Source: a candidate division WOR-3 bacterium
GTDB lineage: Bacteria > Hydrothermota > Tepidihabitantia > Tepidihabitantales > JAOUPE01
DNA: 45,274 nt
Assembly (NCBI GenBank): GCA_039801565.1
Contig: JBDRUX010000007.1
Location: forward strand, 1 to 45,274
Reading direction: 5' to 3'
Shown: piece by piece, positions 28,183 through 37,987 of the stretch
Position numbering within the stretch: position 1 is the first letter of the stretch
Layout of the letters: each line of letters begins with the position of its first letter
Program-made: the position numbers and the translations under genes
Notes under the pieces: model-generated
What the model was told of the DNA's origin: nothing
The model's input: only the letters and a program-made list of their open reading frames with translations
Databases searched by the model: none

Positions 28183-28737
28183 ATGGCTTTAAAAAGAATC
28201 TCACCACCTTTAACTGATGCTATTGTTAAAGATTTAAAAGCCGGTGACTCAGTATTAATCACCGGTATCATTTATACCGGACGCGATGCTGCCCATAAAC
28301 GCTTAGTTGAAACTCTACAAAAAGGTGAAGAACTACCAGTGGATTTAAAGGGACAAATTATCTATTATGTTGGTCCAGCCCCAGCTAAACCTGGTTACCC
28401 AATTGGACCGGCTGGTCCAACCACTTCGGAACGAATGGACCCCTACACACCAACTCTACTTGCTTATGGGATGAAAGGAATGATTGGCAAAGGTAACCGA
28501 GCCCCAGAAGTAATTGCCGCCTTAAAAAAATATACCGGGGTTTATTTTGCTGCAGTTGGCGGTGCCGCAGCATTAATTGCCAAAAGGATTAAAAAATGTG
28601 AAACGGTTGCTTACGAGGATTTAGGACCAGAGGCAATAATGAAACTGGAAGTTGAAGAATTTCCGGTTGTAGTGGTGAATGATTGTTACGGCAATGATTT
28701 ATACGAAGAAGGGATGAAAAGATATCGAGTGGCTTAG
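28183..28737 (+). CDS. Fe-S fumarate hydratase beta subunit
   Basis: GRDAAHKR, GPTTSERMD, MIGKG, GGAAAL, DLGPEAI. Confidence 0.95.
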   Translation: MALKRISPPLTDAIVKDLKAGDSVLITGIIYTGRDAAHKRLVETLQKGEELPVDLKGQIIYYVGPAPAKPGYPIGPAGPTTSERMDPYTPTLLAYGMKGMIGKGNRAPEVIAALKKYTGVYFAAVGGAAALIAKRIKKCETVAYEDLGPEAIMKLEVEEFPVVVVNDCYGNDLYEEGMKRYRVA

Positions 28738-28753
28738 ACTTACGGAGTAAACA

Positions 28754-29425
28754 ATGGAATATGTTACAATCTATGTGATGGGAAAGGACTATCGGGTGCC
28801 GAAAGATTTGACGATAATGAGAGCAATGGAGGAGATTGGTTATCAATTTGTTCGGGGTGCAGGCTGTCGGGGTGGATTTTGTGGTGCCTGTGCAACGGTC
28901 TATCGAACCCGGGATTCCTATAAGACTAAAGTCGGCTTAGCCTGTCAGACCGTGATCGAAGATGGAATGTATCTAACCCAGCTGCCTTTCTATCCAGCCA
29001 ATAAAGCAATTTATGATTTTAAAAAACTGAAACCGACTGGTGAGACTTTAGTTGCTCTTTATCCTGAAGTGATGCGTTGTATTGCCTGTAATTCCTGTAC
29101 CAAAATTTGCCCCCAAGATATTAAAGTGATGGATTATGTTAATGCGGCGATTCGTGGCGATATTGCCAAATGCGCTGATTTATCGTTCAATTGCATAATG
29201 TGTGGGCTTTGTGCAACACGCTGTCCGGCCGAGATTGTTCAATACTATGTTGGTCTTTTAGCGCGCCGGCTTTATGGTGCTTATATCGCCCAACCCGCAC
29301 CCCATCTAAAGGAAAGGTTGAAAGAGATGGCAGAGAAGAAATTCGACGCTGAACTGAAAAAATTGATGACTATGGAGACCAAGGCGCTAAAAGAATTGTA
29401 TGACCAAAGGGACATCGAGAAATGA
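28754..29425 (+). CDS. Fumarate reductase/succinate dehydrogenase-type iron-sulfur subunit
   Basis: GCRGGFCGAC..LACQ (2Fe-2S); CIACNSCTKICP and CIMCGLCATRCP. Confidence 0.88.
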   Translation: MEYVTIYVMGKDYRVPKDLTIMRAMEEIGYQFVRGAGCRGGFCGACATVYRTRDSYKTKVGLACQTVIEDGMYLTQLPFYPANKAIYDFKKLKPTGETLVALYPEVMRCIACNSCTKICPQDIKVMDYVNAAIRGDIAKCADLSFNCIMCGLCATRCPAEIVQYYVGLLARRLYGAYIAQPAPHLKERLKEMAEKKFDAELKKLMTMETKALKELYDQRDIEK

Positions 29426-29490
29426 AATTAAGCAATTTCAGTAATTGATGAAATGCTAACAATTAAAAACTAAAGCTTTAAGGAGGTTAA

Positions 29491-31122
29491 ATGTACCCGG
29501 CGGCGATGCAAGAGTCAATTAAGAAATTAAACGAGACCAGAAATTTCCGAATGACACAACAGATTCCACTCCTGGCACCGGAAAAGAAACAGGACTTGCT
29601 TAAAAGTTTTCACCCCGATTACATTATTGAGGCGATGCGTGAGATTAAGGTTGGACCGAATAAAGGTGAACGCACTCCCCATGAGTTCGCTGATTTACTC
29701 GAAGCCTATAGTCTAATTGATCCAACCCGATTTGAGATAACAAAACCAGATATTATGACGGACGTCTTAATTATTGGCGGTGGTGGTGCTGGTTGCACAG
29801 CAGCTCTCTCAGCCCAGGCCTGCGGTGCAGAGGTTATTTTGGTTACAAAATTGCGGATCGGCGATGCTAATACCACAATGGCACAGGGCGGAATTCAAGC
29901 CGCTGACAAGCCTAATGATTCACCCGTAATTCATTATCTGGACGTGATGGGTGGTGGCGGTTATAAAAATATTCCAGAATTGGTAGCAGCATTGGTCACC
30001 GATGCACCTGAAATCATTGCCTGGCTGGAAACGATTGGCGTGATGTTTGACAAAGACCCAGATGGCACAATGCAGACGATTCACGGTGGTGGTACTTCCC
30101 GAAAAAGAATGCATGCTTGTCGGGACTATACCGGCCTTGAGATTATGCGTTGTATCAAAGACGAAGTGCTCAACCACCAGATAAAAATAATGGAGTTCAC
30201 CGCCGCAATTGAACTTCTGACCGATGAGAGTGGCAATTGTTCTGGCGCACTCCTTTTAAACTTAGAAAATGGTCAGCTCATCGCAGTTCAAGCCAAAGCG
30301 ACCATTATTGCTACCGGTGGCGCTGGTAGATTACATGTGCAAGGTTTTCCAACTAGTAACCATTATGGTGCAACCGCGGACGGGCTGGTTATCGGCTATC
30401 GAGCAGGAGCAAAATTAATCTTTATGGATACAATTCAATACCATCCGACCGGTGTTGCTTACCCAACCCAAATTGTCGGACAACTGATCACCGAAAAAGT
30501 TCGTTCGGTTGGCGCCCAATTGGTTAATGCTTTTGGCGAACGGTTCATTTACGAACTCGAAACGCGTGATACGGTTGCTTCGGCAATTATTCGCGAGTGT
30601 AAAGAGCGAAAAAAGGGTGTAATTACACCAACCGGCGATTACGGCGTTTGGCTCGATACCCCATTAATTGAAATAATTAAAGGTCCGGGCACAATCCTTA
30701 AACAATTACCTGCGATGTATCGCCAATTTATTAACTTTGGTATTGATATGACTAAAGAACCAATTCTAACTTATCCAACTCAGCATTATCAGAATGGCGG
30801 AATTCTGATTAATGATAAAGGTGAATCGAATATCCCTGGGCTTTATGTGGCTGGTGAAGCGGCTGGTGGCATCCACGGTAGAAACCGGCTAATGGGCAAT
30901 TCACTTTTAGATATTTTAGTTTTTGGTCGACGCGCTGGTCAAGCCGCAGCTTCGGCCCAACCTACAACCAAAAATCCCAAGATTGGCTTATCGCATGTTA
31001 TCCGTTATCATCAAGAATTAGTCGAAGCCGGAATACCCAAAGAACGCAAAGCTCCTAAACTGTTACCAGATTATCGGCCTCATCCTTATAAAGGACATTT
31101 TACTTTCTTGACTCGATTATAA
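29491..31122 (+). CDS. Fumarate reductase-type flavoprotein subunit
   Basis: IIGGGGAG, TTMAQGG, QYHPT, ITEKVRS.G, RDTVA, HYQNGG, HGRNRLMGNSL. Confidence 0.9.
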   Translation: MYPAAMQESIKKLNETRNFRMTQQIPLLAPEKKQDLLKSFHPDYIIEAMREIKVGPNKGERTPHEFADLLEAYSLIDPTRFEITKPDIMTDVLIIGGGGAGCTAALSAQACGAEVILVTKLRIGDANTTMAQGGIQAADKPNDSPVIHYLDVMGGGGYKNIPELVAALVTDAPEIIAWLETIGVMFDKDPDGTMQTIHGGGTSRKRMHACRDYTGLEIMRCIKDEVLNHQIKIMEFTAAIELLTDESGNCSGALLLNLENGQLIAVQAKATIIATGGAGRLHVQGFPTSNHYGATADGLVIGYRAGAKLIFMDTIQYHPTGVAYPTQIVGQLITEKVRSVGAQLVNAFGERFIYELETRDTVASAIIRECKERKKGVITPTGDYGVWLDTPLIEIIKGPGTILKQLPAMYRQFINFGIDMTKEPILTYPTQHYQNGGILINDKGESNIPGLYVAGEAAGGIHGRNRLMGNSLLDILVFGRRAGQAAASAQPTTKNPKIGLSHVIRYHQELVEAGIPKERKAPKLLPDYRPHPYKGHFTFLTRL

Positions 31123-31399
31123 AATTCTAACTTCTTAGAAAAGTAAAAAGTACGATTGTTGCCCTTTTCAATACTCCGTCTTTATAATAAAAGAATCCGG
31201 TTACATTTAAGTTTTGCCAATTCGAATCTAACAAACTATTTGACTTTTATTTTTTAATCGGTATAATAATATAAAAGGGGAATTGATTAGGGGTAAAAGG
31301 AATTGGTATTTTTACTGCCCAGTATCTGGCTCTCTAACTGTTATAATTCTATTCTATCAAATTTTATAATTCTTTTCTAATTAAAAATGGGAGGACAAA

Positions 31400-32701
31400 A
31401 TGGCCAACAACCGAAAATTTGAAAATAAAATTGAAAAACAATTTGCTCTCGAAATGACTGAGCAACGAAAAAGAATCAACGAGTTTGACCGATTAGCCAT
31501 TAAACACGAAGCAACGGTAAAAGCATTATTGGAAAGTGAAATGCGGCTTCGGGATTTTCTCGACAATTGTAATGATTTAATTCAGGTTGTTGACCCGAAC
31601 TGCCGATTTATCTATGTGAATCGAAAATGGCGGGAAATTTTAGGTTATACCGAAGAAGAGGTTAACCGGTTGACACTATGGGATATTTTACAACCAGACC
31701 AACATCAACATTGCCAAGAGTTATTCAAACGAGTTTGTGCTGGAGAGATATTAAATGGCATTGAGACTGTTTTTGTGACAAAAAACGGACAAGCAGTTTT
31801 CGTCGAAGGTAATGTTAATGCCCGGTTTGAAGACGGCAAATTTATTTCGACGCGTGGTATCTTTCGGGATATTACCGAGCGAAAACGAATTGAGCGAGAA
31901 CTAGAAAGAAAACGACAAGAATTAGAAAAATCAAATACCGAATTGGCGAAACTTAACGATTTGAAAAATCAATTTCTCGGTATGGCAGCCCATGACTTAC
32001 GAAATCCGTTGAGCATTATTTTAGCTTGCAGTGATTTGCTTTTAAATGATGCCGCAACGAAACTAACGGATGCCAATCGGCATGATTTCATAAAACGGAT
32101 TAAGGAAAATGCTAATTTTATGCTTAACCTTGTTAACGATTTGCTTGATATTACTAAAATTGAATCCGGCAAACTCGAACTTAACCTATGTCCAGTGGAG
32201 ATTATCCACCTTGTCCAACGCAATCTTGAATTTAATCGGATGCTTGCTGACCAGAAAAATATAACTTTGATTCTCACTCATCCCGAAAGTCTTCCTTTAG
32301 TAATGGCGGATGCAGCCCGAATTGAACAGGTGCTTAATAATTTAATTGGTAACGCTATTAAATTTTCGCCCCCGAACCGGACAATTGAGGTCACACTTTC
32401 CGTAGAAGATAACTTTGTGAAAATAGCGGTTCGGGATGAAGGAACTGGAATAGCACCCGAAGAACTGGATAAATTATTCAAACCGTTTTCGCCAACTCGT
32501 AAAAAGGGAACCGCGGGCGAAAAGACTACCGGACTCGGATTGGCTATTGCCAAAAAGATTGTCGAAACTCACCACGGTAAGATTTGGGTTAAAAGCAAAC
32601 TGGGAAGCGGCTCGATTTTTTACTTCACAATACCGGTTGTAAACCTATCAGAACTATTTTCTTGTCTCCTGATTCCCGTTACAAATCAGAAGCTGAATTA
32701 G
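31400..32701 (+). CDS. Soluble PAS-domain sensor histidine kinase (no adjacent regulator)
   Basis: PAS (YVNRKW..LGY..EE; DITERK), HisKA AHDLRNPL, NLIGNAIKF, DEGTGI, GLGLAI; TTGACT-N16-TATAAT at 31240-67. Confidence 0.95.
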   Translation: MANNRKFENKIEKQFALEMTEQRKRINEFDRLAIKHEATVKALLESEMRLRDFLDNCNDLIQVVDPNCRFIYVNRKWREILGYTEEEVNRLTLWDILQPDQHQHCQELFKRVCAGEILNGIETVFVTKNGQAVFVEGNVNARFEDGKFISTRGIFRDITERKRIERELERKRQELEKSNTELAKLNDLKNQFLGMAAHDLRNPLSIILACSDLLLNDAATKLTDANRHDFIKRIKENANFMLNLVNDLLDITKIESGKLELNLCPVEIIHLVQRNLEFNRMLADQKNITLILTHPESLPLVMADAARIEQVLNNLIGNAIKFSPPNRTIEVTLSVEDNFVKIAVRDEGTGIAPEELDKLFKPFSPTRKKGTAGEKTTGLGLAIAKKIVETHHGKIWVKSKLGSGSIFYFTIPVVNLSELFSCLLIPVTNQKLN

Positions 32702-32829
32702 GCAATTGAGAATATAGTAATTATGATTGAGTAAAATTGGTAGTTTTGGTTTAGAGTACCCGTCTATAAATTAGACTACTATGGTTTAGGGGAAATCCAG
32801 AAATAAACAGTATACCCTCACTGGCTACC

Positions 32830-33290
32830 GGATTTGTCTAAATACCGATTAGCTGCTGCCACTGTAGTAATACCATAAATCTGAAACTTAATTGGTAAGA
32901 AACCAAAGAAACACTCAATTTTCCTCATTTTCATACAGCACACCGGGAATGAGTGTTAAGAATAACAATCCCTAATTCAGCCAAGGCCTGACTGATTTGA
33001 GTGTTAACCGCCTTGGTTGCCTTTTGGTAATCAAAGTACAAAAAGAGAAATTAGAATTTGGCGCATCACAATCAGCATAAAGCGACTCGAAGATGTTATA
33101 CTTTTTACAGGGGCTTTTAGGACCCACATTATTTTTTCAAGTTGAATTGTGTCCAAAGATTCGGGCGATAAGTAGTTTTCTAAGGTAGTCGTCGAGGATA
33201 AGGATTAACTTTAATTTCTTATCAATAGCTGGTAACTAAGGAAAAAGTGAGTTATCTATCTGGACAATTTCTGGGCTTTTTGGGGTATCG
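32830..33290 (-). pseudogene. Decayed DDE (rve-type; IS481/ISNCY-like) transposase
   Basis: Minus-strand translation EIVQIDNSLFP*LPAIDKKLKLILILDDYLRKLLIARIFGHNST*...KYNIFESLYAD...TQISQALAELGIVIL...GKIECFFGFL...YGITTVAAANRYLDK, with stops and frameshifts. Confidence 0.75.
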
Positions 33291-33572
33291 CTTAAATTAG
33301 TATTTTGGCTATGGAGATGATTTTTAATGAAGATAGTGCAGCGTTTGATGAGAGCTTTTAAAAATTTAGCTAAATGGCAGCGATTGATTGTAGGGATTGT
33401 TCTTTAATGTTTATAATTTCCATTTGATTTTAGTGAAGAAGAAAAGGGCATTGTTCCTTGGCAATCAAAGAGAACATTATCGGTTTGCAGTAACACCTCC
33501 CAATTATTTTTGTTGACAAATTAGATTATTTTATTATAGTCTTAGTTGTTTTTCTTTAAATAAGGAGGAGCA

Positions 33573-33638
33573 ATGGCGTGTATGAAACGCGGCAAGGCGG
33601 CAGCAAAAAAGAAGACCGCCACCAAGAAGAAAAAGTAG
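33573..33638 (+). CDS. 21-aa Lys/Ala-rich small protein MACMKRGKAAAKKKTATKKKK
   Basis: TTGACA(33513)-N16-TATAGT promoter, AAGGAGG RBS, tandem stops TAG TAA, downstream hairpin. Confidence 0.7.
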   Translation: MACMKRGKAAAKKKTATKKKK

Positions 33639-33644
33639 TAAATT

Positions 33645-33677
33645 TTAGGAGGGCGGATTGACGCCCTCCTAAGTTTT
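33645..33677 (+). terminator. Intrinsic-terminator-like hairpin between the sORF and mfd
   Basis: TTAGGAGGGCG-GATTGA-CGCCCTCCTAA (11 bp) followed by GTTTT and then the mfd ATG. Confidence 0.65.
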
Positions 33678-36638
33678 ATGAAAAATCTGCTCCACCTTTT
33701 TGCTCAATCCCCGACTTTCTTTCATTTTGCAAAAATCCTTAAAACAACAAAATTAGTTTCGATAAAAAATATCGTGGGCTCGGCTCGGAGTTTTTTAGCC
33801 TGTGCACTTTTTGAAGAATCTCCCGTGGTCGTTTTAACCAATGATGCCAATGATTTTGAAGAGCGGTTTGAAGAAATTGTCGCCGTAATGGGAAATGAAC
33901 GAACAATTGGTGTGACCGAAGCAGTAGTAACCCAAATCGAATTTTGGCGAAAAGTCCACACCCAAGAAAAATTTGTTGCGGTTATGGAGAAAAAAATTGC
34001 TGCCCTACCTGCTCTTAACTTTTCAGAATTGGTAAATTTGGAGCTGCGTTGCGGCGGTATCTTTTCCCGTGCCGAATTGTTGAATTGGTTGAATAGCCAA
34101 GGTTACGAACGGGTTGATTTAGTAACTGAACCCGGGGAATTTGCGGTTCGTGGTAGCATCATTGATGTATTTGCCGAAAAGTTCGAAAATCCAATTCGGA
34201 TTGAATTTTTTGGTGACGAGGTCGTATCGTTACGATATTTTGATACCTTGACGCAGCGCTCAATTAAAAAAATTGGATCGTTGGAACTTTCTCAACGCCG
34301 AATTACTGTTTTGCCCCAGCAACCTTTTTTGTCAAAACTACCGAATGACTTTATCATTATTTTGGAAAATCCGACCATTCAAAAATTAAACGATCGGCTG
34401 CCATCGGCTAATAGACAGGTTATTTTTCATCAAGAAGGTGATTTCGATTTTGGTTTTTTAAGCCCTAATATTTATTTCGGTAATTTAGAAGTACTAAGGG
34501 CGGAAATTGAGTCAACGGATTTGACCTATTACATTGTTTGTCGAGACAGCAATCAGCAGGCGCGGTTACAAAAAGTTTTGGGTGAAAAACCTTTCTATTT
34601 GGTTGGAAGATTTTCGAGCGGTTTTATCGCTCGAAAAGATGGTTATGTGGTATTAACCGAAAAAGAAATTTATGGGACACCAATTATGCGTCTGCCTAAG
34701 AGAAAGTTTCGGGGTTTGCCAGTTGATGATTTAATGACACTTAAAAAGGGCGACTATGTGGTCCATATTAATTATGGAGTTGGAATATTTGAAGGAACAA
34801 AACGGCTAAAAATTAAAGATAAACAAAAAGATTTCATCGCTATTCGCTATGCTGGAAGCGGTAGACTTTACCTGCCGGTTGAAAATCTCAATCATCTTGA
34901 CCGTTATGTTGGATCAGAAGATACGCCACCAGTTTTAGACCGGTTGGGCGGTCGAAATTGGTTGCTGGTGAAGACCAAAGCCCAACGGGCAGCTACCCAC
35001 TATGCTCAAGAACTTATTGAGTTATATGCCCGACGGATGATCACACCAGGATTTCGTTTTACTGGCATTCCCGAATGGCAAGCCGAGTTAGAAGCTTCGT
35101 TCCCGTTTCAAGAGACGCCCGACCAATTAAAGGCTTGGGAGGAAGTAAAAAAAGATATGGAAAGTGCTAAGGTAATGGACCGATTGATTTGTGGCGATGT
35201 GGGTTTTGGTAAGACCGAAATCGCCCTGCGGGCGGCGTTTAAAGCAGTATTGTCTGGAAAACAAGTTGCAATGTTAGTCCCAACCACAATCCTTTGCTAT
35301 CAACACTATAACACTTTTCGAAAGCGGTTAGAAAAGTTTCCAGTTCGAGTCGAAATGTTTTCGCGTTTAATTAGCCGGAAAAAAGAAAAAGAGGTTGTCG
35401 AAGGGCTTAAAACCGGCAAGGTTGATATTGTAATTGGCACCCATAAATTACTTAAGGTTGTTGAATTGGTAAAGAATTTGGGACTTTTGATAATTGATGA
35501 AGAACAAAAATTTGGTGTTCGGCAAAAAGAACAAATTAAGAAGTTAAAGATTGGAATCGCAGTATTGACTTTAACCGCAACGCCGATTCCACGGACACTT
35601 TATATGGCTTTAGTTGGATTGCGAGATATTTCGACGATTCATACCCCACCCCCGGGTCGCAAAGAAATAAAGACCGAGGTGATTCATTGGGACGATGAGT
35701 TAATTCGTACCCGAATTCGTCAAGAAATTGAACGAGGAGGCCAGGTTTTTATTGTTCACAATCGTATTGAATCGCTACCCAAATTGGTGAAACGGATTCG
35801 AGGGTTATGCCCGGATTTAAAAATCCAAAGTGCTCACGGTCGGATGCCTGAGCAGCAATTGGCAGAAATTTATCTCAATTTTATTGACGGCAAATATGAC
35901 ATTTTGATTACAACTGCAATTATTGAATCGGGTATTGATATGCCAAGAGTTAATACGATTATTGTTGACCGGGCGGATTGGTTCGGCCTGGCGGATTTGC
36001 ATCAACTACGGGGGCGAGTGGGAAGGTCAAAAGAACAAGGTTACGCTTTATTTGTTGTTCCTAACCAAAATAAAATTTCTCCAACTGCTCAGAAACGACT
36101 TTCCGCAATCCTTGCTTATTCCCAACTCGATTCTGGATTTAGATTAGCACTTCGGGATATGGAAATTCGAGGAATTGGCAATCTCTTGGGATTGGAACAA
36201 CACGGACACATTAACCGAATTGGGGCAAATCTCTATATGTCACTTTTAAGTGAAGCAATCGCTAAATTAAAAGGCGCAGAGCCAGTAGTTGAACCGGATT
36301 TGACTTTTGATGTCGAAGCCTATATTCCAGAGGAATTTATCTCGGATGCTTACGAGCGGGTAGCAATCTATCGGCGACTCTTATCCATAACAACCGAAAA
36401 AGAAATCGAAGAAATAAGAGACGAACTGATTGACCGATTTGGTCAATATCCACCAATTATGGAAAGTTTATTCAAAATTGCGCAGATTCGGGTCTTAGCA
36501 CGGAAAAATCAAATCTTACGGGTAAGTCTAAAACATAATAATATTAAAATCTTAGGCAGAAAAATAACCAAGGAATTTAATGGGGGATTAGACGAAATTA
36601 TAAAAGAGTTGGCGAATCTAAACCAAAAGGAAAAGTAA
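33678..36638 (+). CDS. mfd: Transcription-repair coupling factor
   Basis: GEFAVRGSIIDVF, GDYVVH..YGVG (RID), CGDVGFGKTE, DEEQKFG, TATPIPRT, QLRGRVGR, TRCF C-terminus. Confidence 0.97.
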   Translation: MKNLLHLFAQSPTFFHFAKILKTTKLVSIKNIVGSARSFLACALFEESPVVVLTNDANDFEERFEEIVAVMGNERTIGVTEAVVTQIEFWRKVHTQEKFVAVMEKKIAALPALNFSELVNLELRCGGIFSRAELLNWLNSQGYERVDLVTEPGEFAVRGSIIDVFAEKFENPIRIEFFGDEVVSLRYFDTLTQRSIKKIGSLELSQRRITVLPQQPFLSKLPNDFIIILENPTIQKLNDRLPSANRQVIFHQEGDFDFGFLSPNIYFGNLEVLRAEIESTDLTYYIVCRDSNQQARLQKVLGEKPFYLVGRFSSGFIARKDGYVVLTEKEIYGTPIMRLPKRKFRGLPVDDLMTLKKGDYVVHINYGVGIFEGTKRLKIKDKQKDFIAIRYAGSGRLYLPVENLNHLDRYVGSEDTPPVLDRLGGRNWLLVKTKAQRAATHYAQELIELYARRMITPGFRFTGIPEWQAELEASFPFQETPDQLKAWEEVKKDMESAKVMDRLICGDVGFGKTEIALRAAFKAVLSGKQVAMLVPTTILCYQHYNTFRKRLEKFPVRVEMFSRLISRKKEKEVVEGLKTGKVDIVIGTHKLLKVVELVKNLGLLIIDEEQKFGVRQKEQIKKLKIGIAVLTLTATPIPRTLYMALVGLRDISTIHTPPPGRKEIKTEVIHWDDELIRTRIRQEIERGGQVFIVHNRIESLPKLVKRIRGLCPDLKIQSAHGRMPEQQLAEIYLNFIDGKYDILITTAIIESGIDMPRVNTIIVDRADWFGLADLHQLRGRVGRSKEQGYALFVVPNQNKISPTAQKRLSAILAYSQLDSGFRLALRDMEIRGIGNLLGLEQHGHINRIGANLYMSLLSEAIAKLKGAEPVVEPDLTFDVEAYIPEEFISDAYERVAIYRRLLSITTEKEIEEIRDELIDRFGQYPPIMESLFKIAQIRVLARKNQILRVSLKHNNIKILGRKITKEFNGGLDEIIKELANLNQKEK

Positions 36639-37008
36639 AAATTGTTCGTCAATTTGTTCCCAACCAGGTAGAGCAAGATAAAATCGCAAAAACATTCTAG
36701 TTCGATTCTTGGGCTTCTCATTGAATTGTTAAGAAATGGGCTGATCAGACGGGAGGCTTTTCCGTTAACCCTTTCGTAATCTTAAGTACAATTTGTTTAA
36801 TGAATGAACCTTTTTATTTAATTTATCTAATCGCTTCGGTGTGATGGTCTTCTGCGCAAATAATTGTTCCTGACTAAGTTTATTAGGCTTATTTAAATTT
36901 CCATGACAATAGGGACCCTGTCCCTTGAAGAAGAATGTTTTTTTCTTGTTATAGTTTTTATTATAAATTTATCGTTGACTTAGCGAATAACTGTGTTATT
37001 CTTTTGTT

Positions 37009-37596
37009 ATGAAAAGGATTGGCTTTTTGTTATTTTGGGCTTTGCTTTTAACTTTTGCCCAGGAGCATTCAATCTGGCAAAAGGTCTGTGAACGGTATCA
37101 GAAAATTAACACTGCTCAGGGGAGTTTTCATCAGAATGTCTGCTCGGAGTCGCTCGGCACCTGTCAGGAATTCATCGGCTGGTTTTATCTTAAACGACCG
37201 GATAAATTACGACTTGATGTGACCTTTCCAGATTCGCAAAGTATCATCGTTTCTGACAATAAAATCTGGTGTTATTTTCCCCGCCAATCCGAAGTGAGTG
37301 AACAGGAAATGCCTACCCCAATTTCTATCTTTGACTTCTTCGCCGATACCTTGTCATTGACCGTAACCGAAATGCACCAAGAGGAAAACCTTTTCTATCT
37401 AAAACTTGTTACTCAGGACACCTTGGCGCTTATCAGAGAGGTAGAGTTTTGGGTCAACCCCACAGACTATACCATCAAGAAATTTTCTTATCCCCAAGGA
37501 CCAGGTACTGTCGCTACCTTTGAGCTTTATGGCACAAAATATAACCAAAAAATATCCAATAAAATCTTTGAACCCCCGAAACCCAAAAAAGAATAA
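37009..37596 (+). CDS. lolA: Outer-membrane lipoprotein carrier LolA
   Basis: Signal peptide; G.F.Q; G.FYLKRPDKLR; Q.IIVSD..IWCY.P; likely leaderless (TTGACT-N16-TATTCT at 36975-37002). Confidence 0.85.
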   Translation: MKRIGFLLFWALLLTFAQEHSIWQKVCERYQKINTAQGSFHQNVCSESLGTCQEFIGWFYLKRPDKLRLDVTFPDSQSIIVSDNKIWCYFPRQSEVSEQEMPTPISIFDFFADTLSLTVTEMHQEENLFYLKLVTQDTLALIREVEFWVNPTDYTIKKFSYPQGPGTVATFELYGTKYNQKISNKIFEPPKPKKE

Positions 37597-37987
37597 CTCT
37601 TTACTAAAATCATCTTCTTATTGTTTTGCCTGTGGCAAAAAGAATCCTTTCGGCTTAAAACTTAAAATTTTTGGTGACAAAAATGGCGTTTGGACGACTT
37701 TTAAGGTTAAGCAATATTATGAAGGATTCAAAGATATTACCCATGGTGGAATTATTGCTACGATTTTAGACGAGATGATTGCCTGGGCGTGTCGAAAAAG
37801 AAAACTTGATGTATTGACTGCTGAATTAATTGTGCGCTATAAGAAAAAATTAATAATTGGTGAAAAAATTCAGGCATTTGGTAAAGTGGTGAAAGAATAT
37901 AATCGGTTAATAATTGGCGAAAGTTTAATTAAAGATTCCAATGGTCAAATCATTGCCACCGGACAAGCCAAGATGCTCTTAGTATGA
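37529..37987 (+). CDS. PaaI-family hotdog thioesterase
   Basis: CFACG..NPFGL.L, EGF..ITHGGIIATILDE; start uncertain, and the nearest ATG overlaps the lolA 3' end. Confidence 0.85.
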   Translation: MAQNITKKYPIKSLNPRNPKKNNSLLKSSSYCFACGKKNPFGLKLKIFGDKNGVWTTFKVKQYYEGFKDITHGGIIATILDEMIAWACRKRKLDVLTAELIVRYKKKLIIGEKIQAFGKVVKEYNRLIIGESLIKDSNGQIIATGQAKMLLV

